This document shows, piece after piece, positions 5,175 to 5,444 of a DNA stretch of 5,444 bases. The position numbers were made by a program, and so were the translations under genes. How positions within the stretch are numbered: position 1 is the first letter of the stretch; every line of letters begins with the position of its first letter. The notes beneath the pieces are model-generated. The model did not search any database, was not told where the DNA came from, and saw only the letters and a program-made list of their open reading frames with translations. This DNA is from a virus (taxonomy: Duplodnaviria > Heunggongvirae > Uroviricota > Caudoviricetes), in the IMG/VR virus record IMGVR_UViG_2693429642_000001, positions 1 to 5,444 of that record. One strand, 5' to 3'.

Positions 5175-5444
5175 ATGAGCAGAAAAACCCAACGTTACTC
5201 TAAAGAGTTCAAAGCCGAAGCTGTCAGAACGGTTCTTGAAAATCAACTTTCGATCAGTGAAGGCGCTTCCCGATTATCTCTTCCTGAAGGCACTTTAGGA
5301 CAATGGGTTACCGCCGCCAGAAAAGGGCTCGGTACTCCTGGTTCCCGCACGGTGGCTGAACTGGAATCTGAAATTCTGCAACTGCGTAAGGCGTTAAATG
5401 AAGCTCGCCTTGAGCGAGATATATTAAAAAAAGCAACAGCGTAT
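5175..5444 (+). CDS. IS3-family transposase OrfA (IS600-like), partial at 3' end
   Basis: ATG 5175 with AAGGAG 6 nt upstream; translation MSRKTQRYSKEFKAEAVRTVLENQLSISEGASRLSLPEGTLGQWVTAARKGLGTPGSRTVAELESEILQLRKALNEARLERDILKKATAY has the N-terminal HTH and leucine-zipper-like region of IS3-family OrfA; matches my recollection of IS600 OrfA. Confidence 0.85.
   Translation, partial: MSRKTQRYSKEFKAEAVRTVLENQLSISEGASRLSLPEGTLGQWVTAARKGLGTPGSRTVAELESEILQLRKALNEARLERDILKKATAY
5426..5433 (+). other. putative programmed -1 ribosomal frameshift slippery site (A7G) for OrfAB transposase fusion
   Basis: Run AAAAAAAG at 5426..5433, read in frame as TTA AAA AAA GCA near the end of orfA, which is where IS3-family elements carry their A6G/A7 slippery motif. 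The downstream stimulatory structure and orfB are outside the window. Confidence 0.5.

Larger units (their letters stand above)
5111..5444 (+). mobile_element. IS3-family insertion sequence, IS600-like, left end (partial; continues past the right edge)
   Basis: Sequence from 5111 begins TGAGGTAGCCTGAGTTTAACGGACAC..., a TG-initiated terminal inverted-repeat-like end as in IS3-family elements; orfA starts about 65 bp inside, the usual spacing. Exact boundary is inferred, not verified against the right end (outside the window). Confidence 0.65.

Noticed and set aside
1-5444. CRISPR arrays, tRNA or rRNA genes, attachment-site-like repeats
   Set aside because: No regularly spaced direct repeats, no tRNA-like cloverleaf candidates and no rRNA-like sequence were seen on either strand.

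Overview
Almost all coding capacity lies on the minus strand as one tightly packed, translationally coupled operon (transcribed right to left, about 4921 down to 1). It looks like the early-left recombination plus 'ea' accessory region of a lambdoid enterobacterial prophage (E. coli/Shigella type). Gene order in transcription direction: a doubtful 56-aa ORF, a Rad52-family single-strand annealing protein, an AT-rich HNH endonuclease, a phage SSB, three hypothetical proteins, an Ea22-like protein, a PD-(D/E)xK (MmcB-like) nuclease-fold protein, another hypothetical, and a DUF551-like protein running off the left edge. From about 5111 the window contains the left end of an IS3-family insertion sequence (IS600-like) on the plus strand, with orfA and an A7G frameshift motif, sitting 10 bp upstream of the first prophage ORF. 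The most notable points are a 15-codon extension of SSB past the conserved DDDIPF tip, the HNH gene wedged between annealase and SSB, and a possible Walker-A/nuclease gene pair. No tRNA, rRNA or CRISPR array was seen. Plus-strand track ORFs between 400 and 4700 are shadow frames. All family calls are from motif recognition by eye; no database search, HMM scan or GC computation was run.
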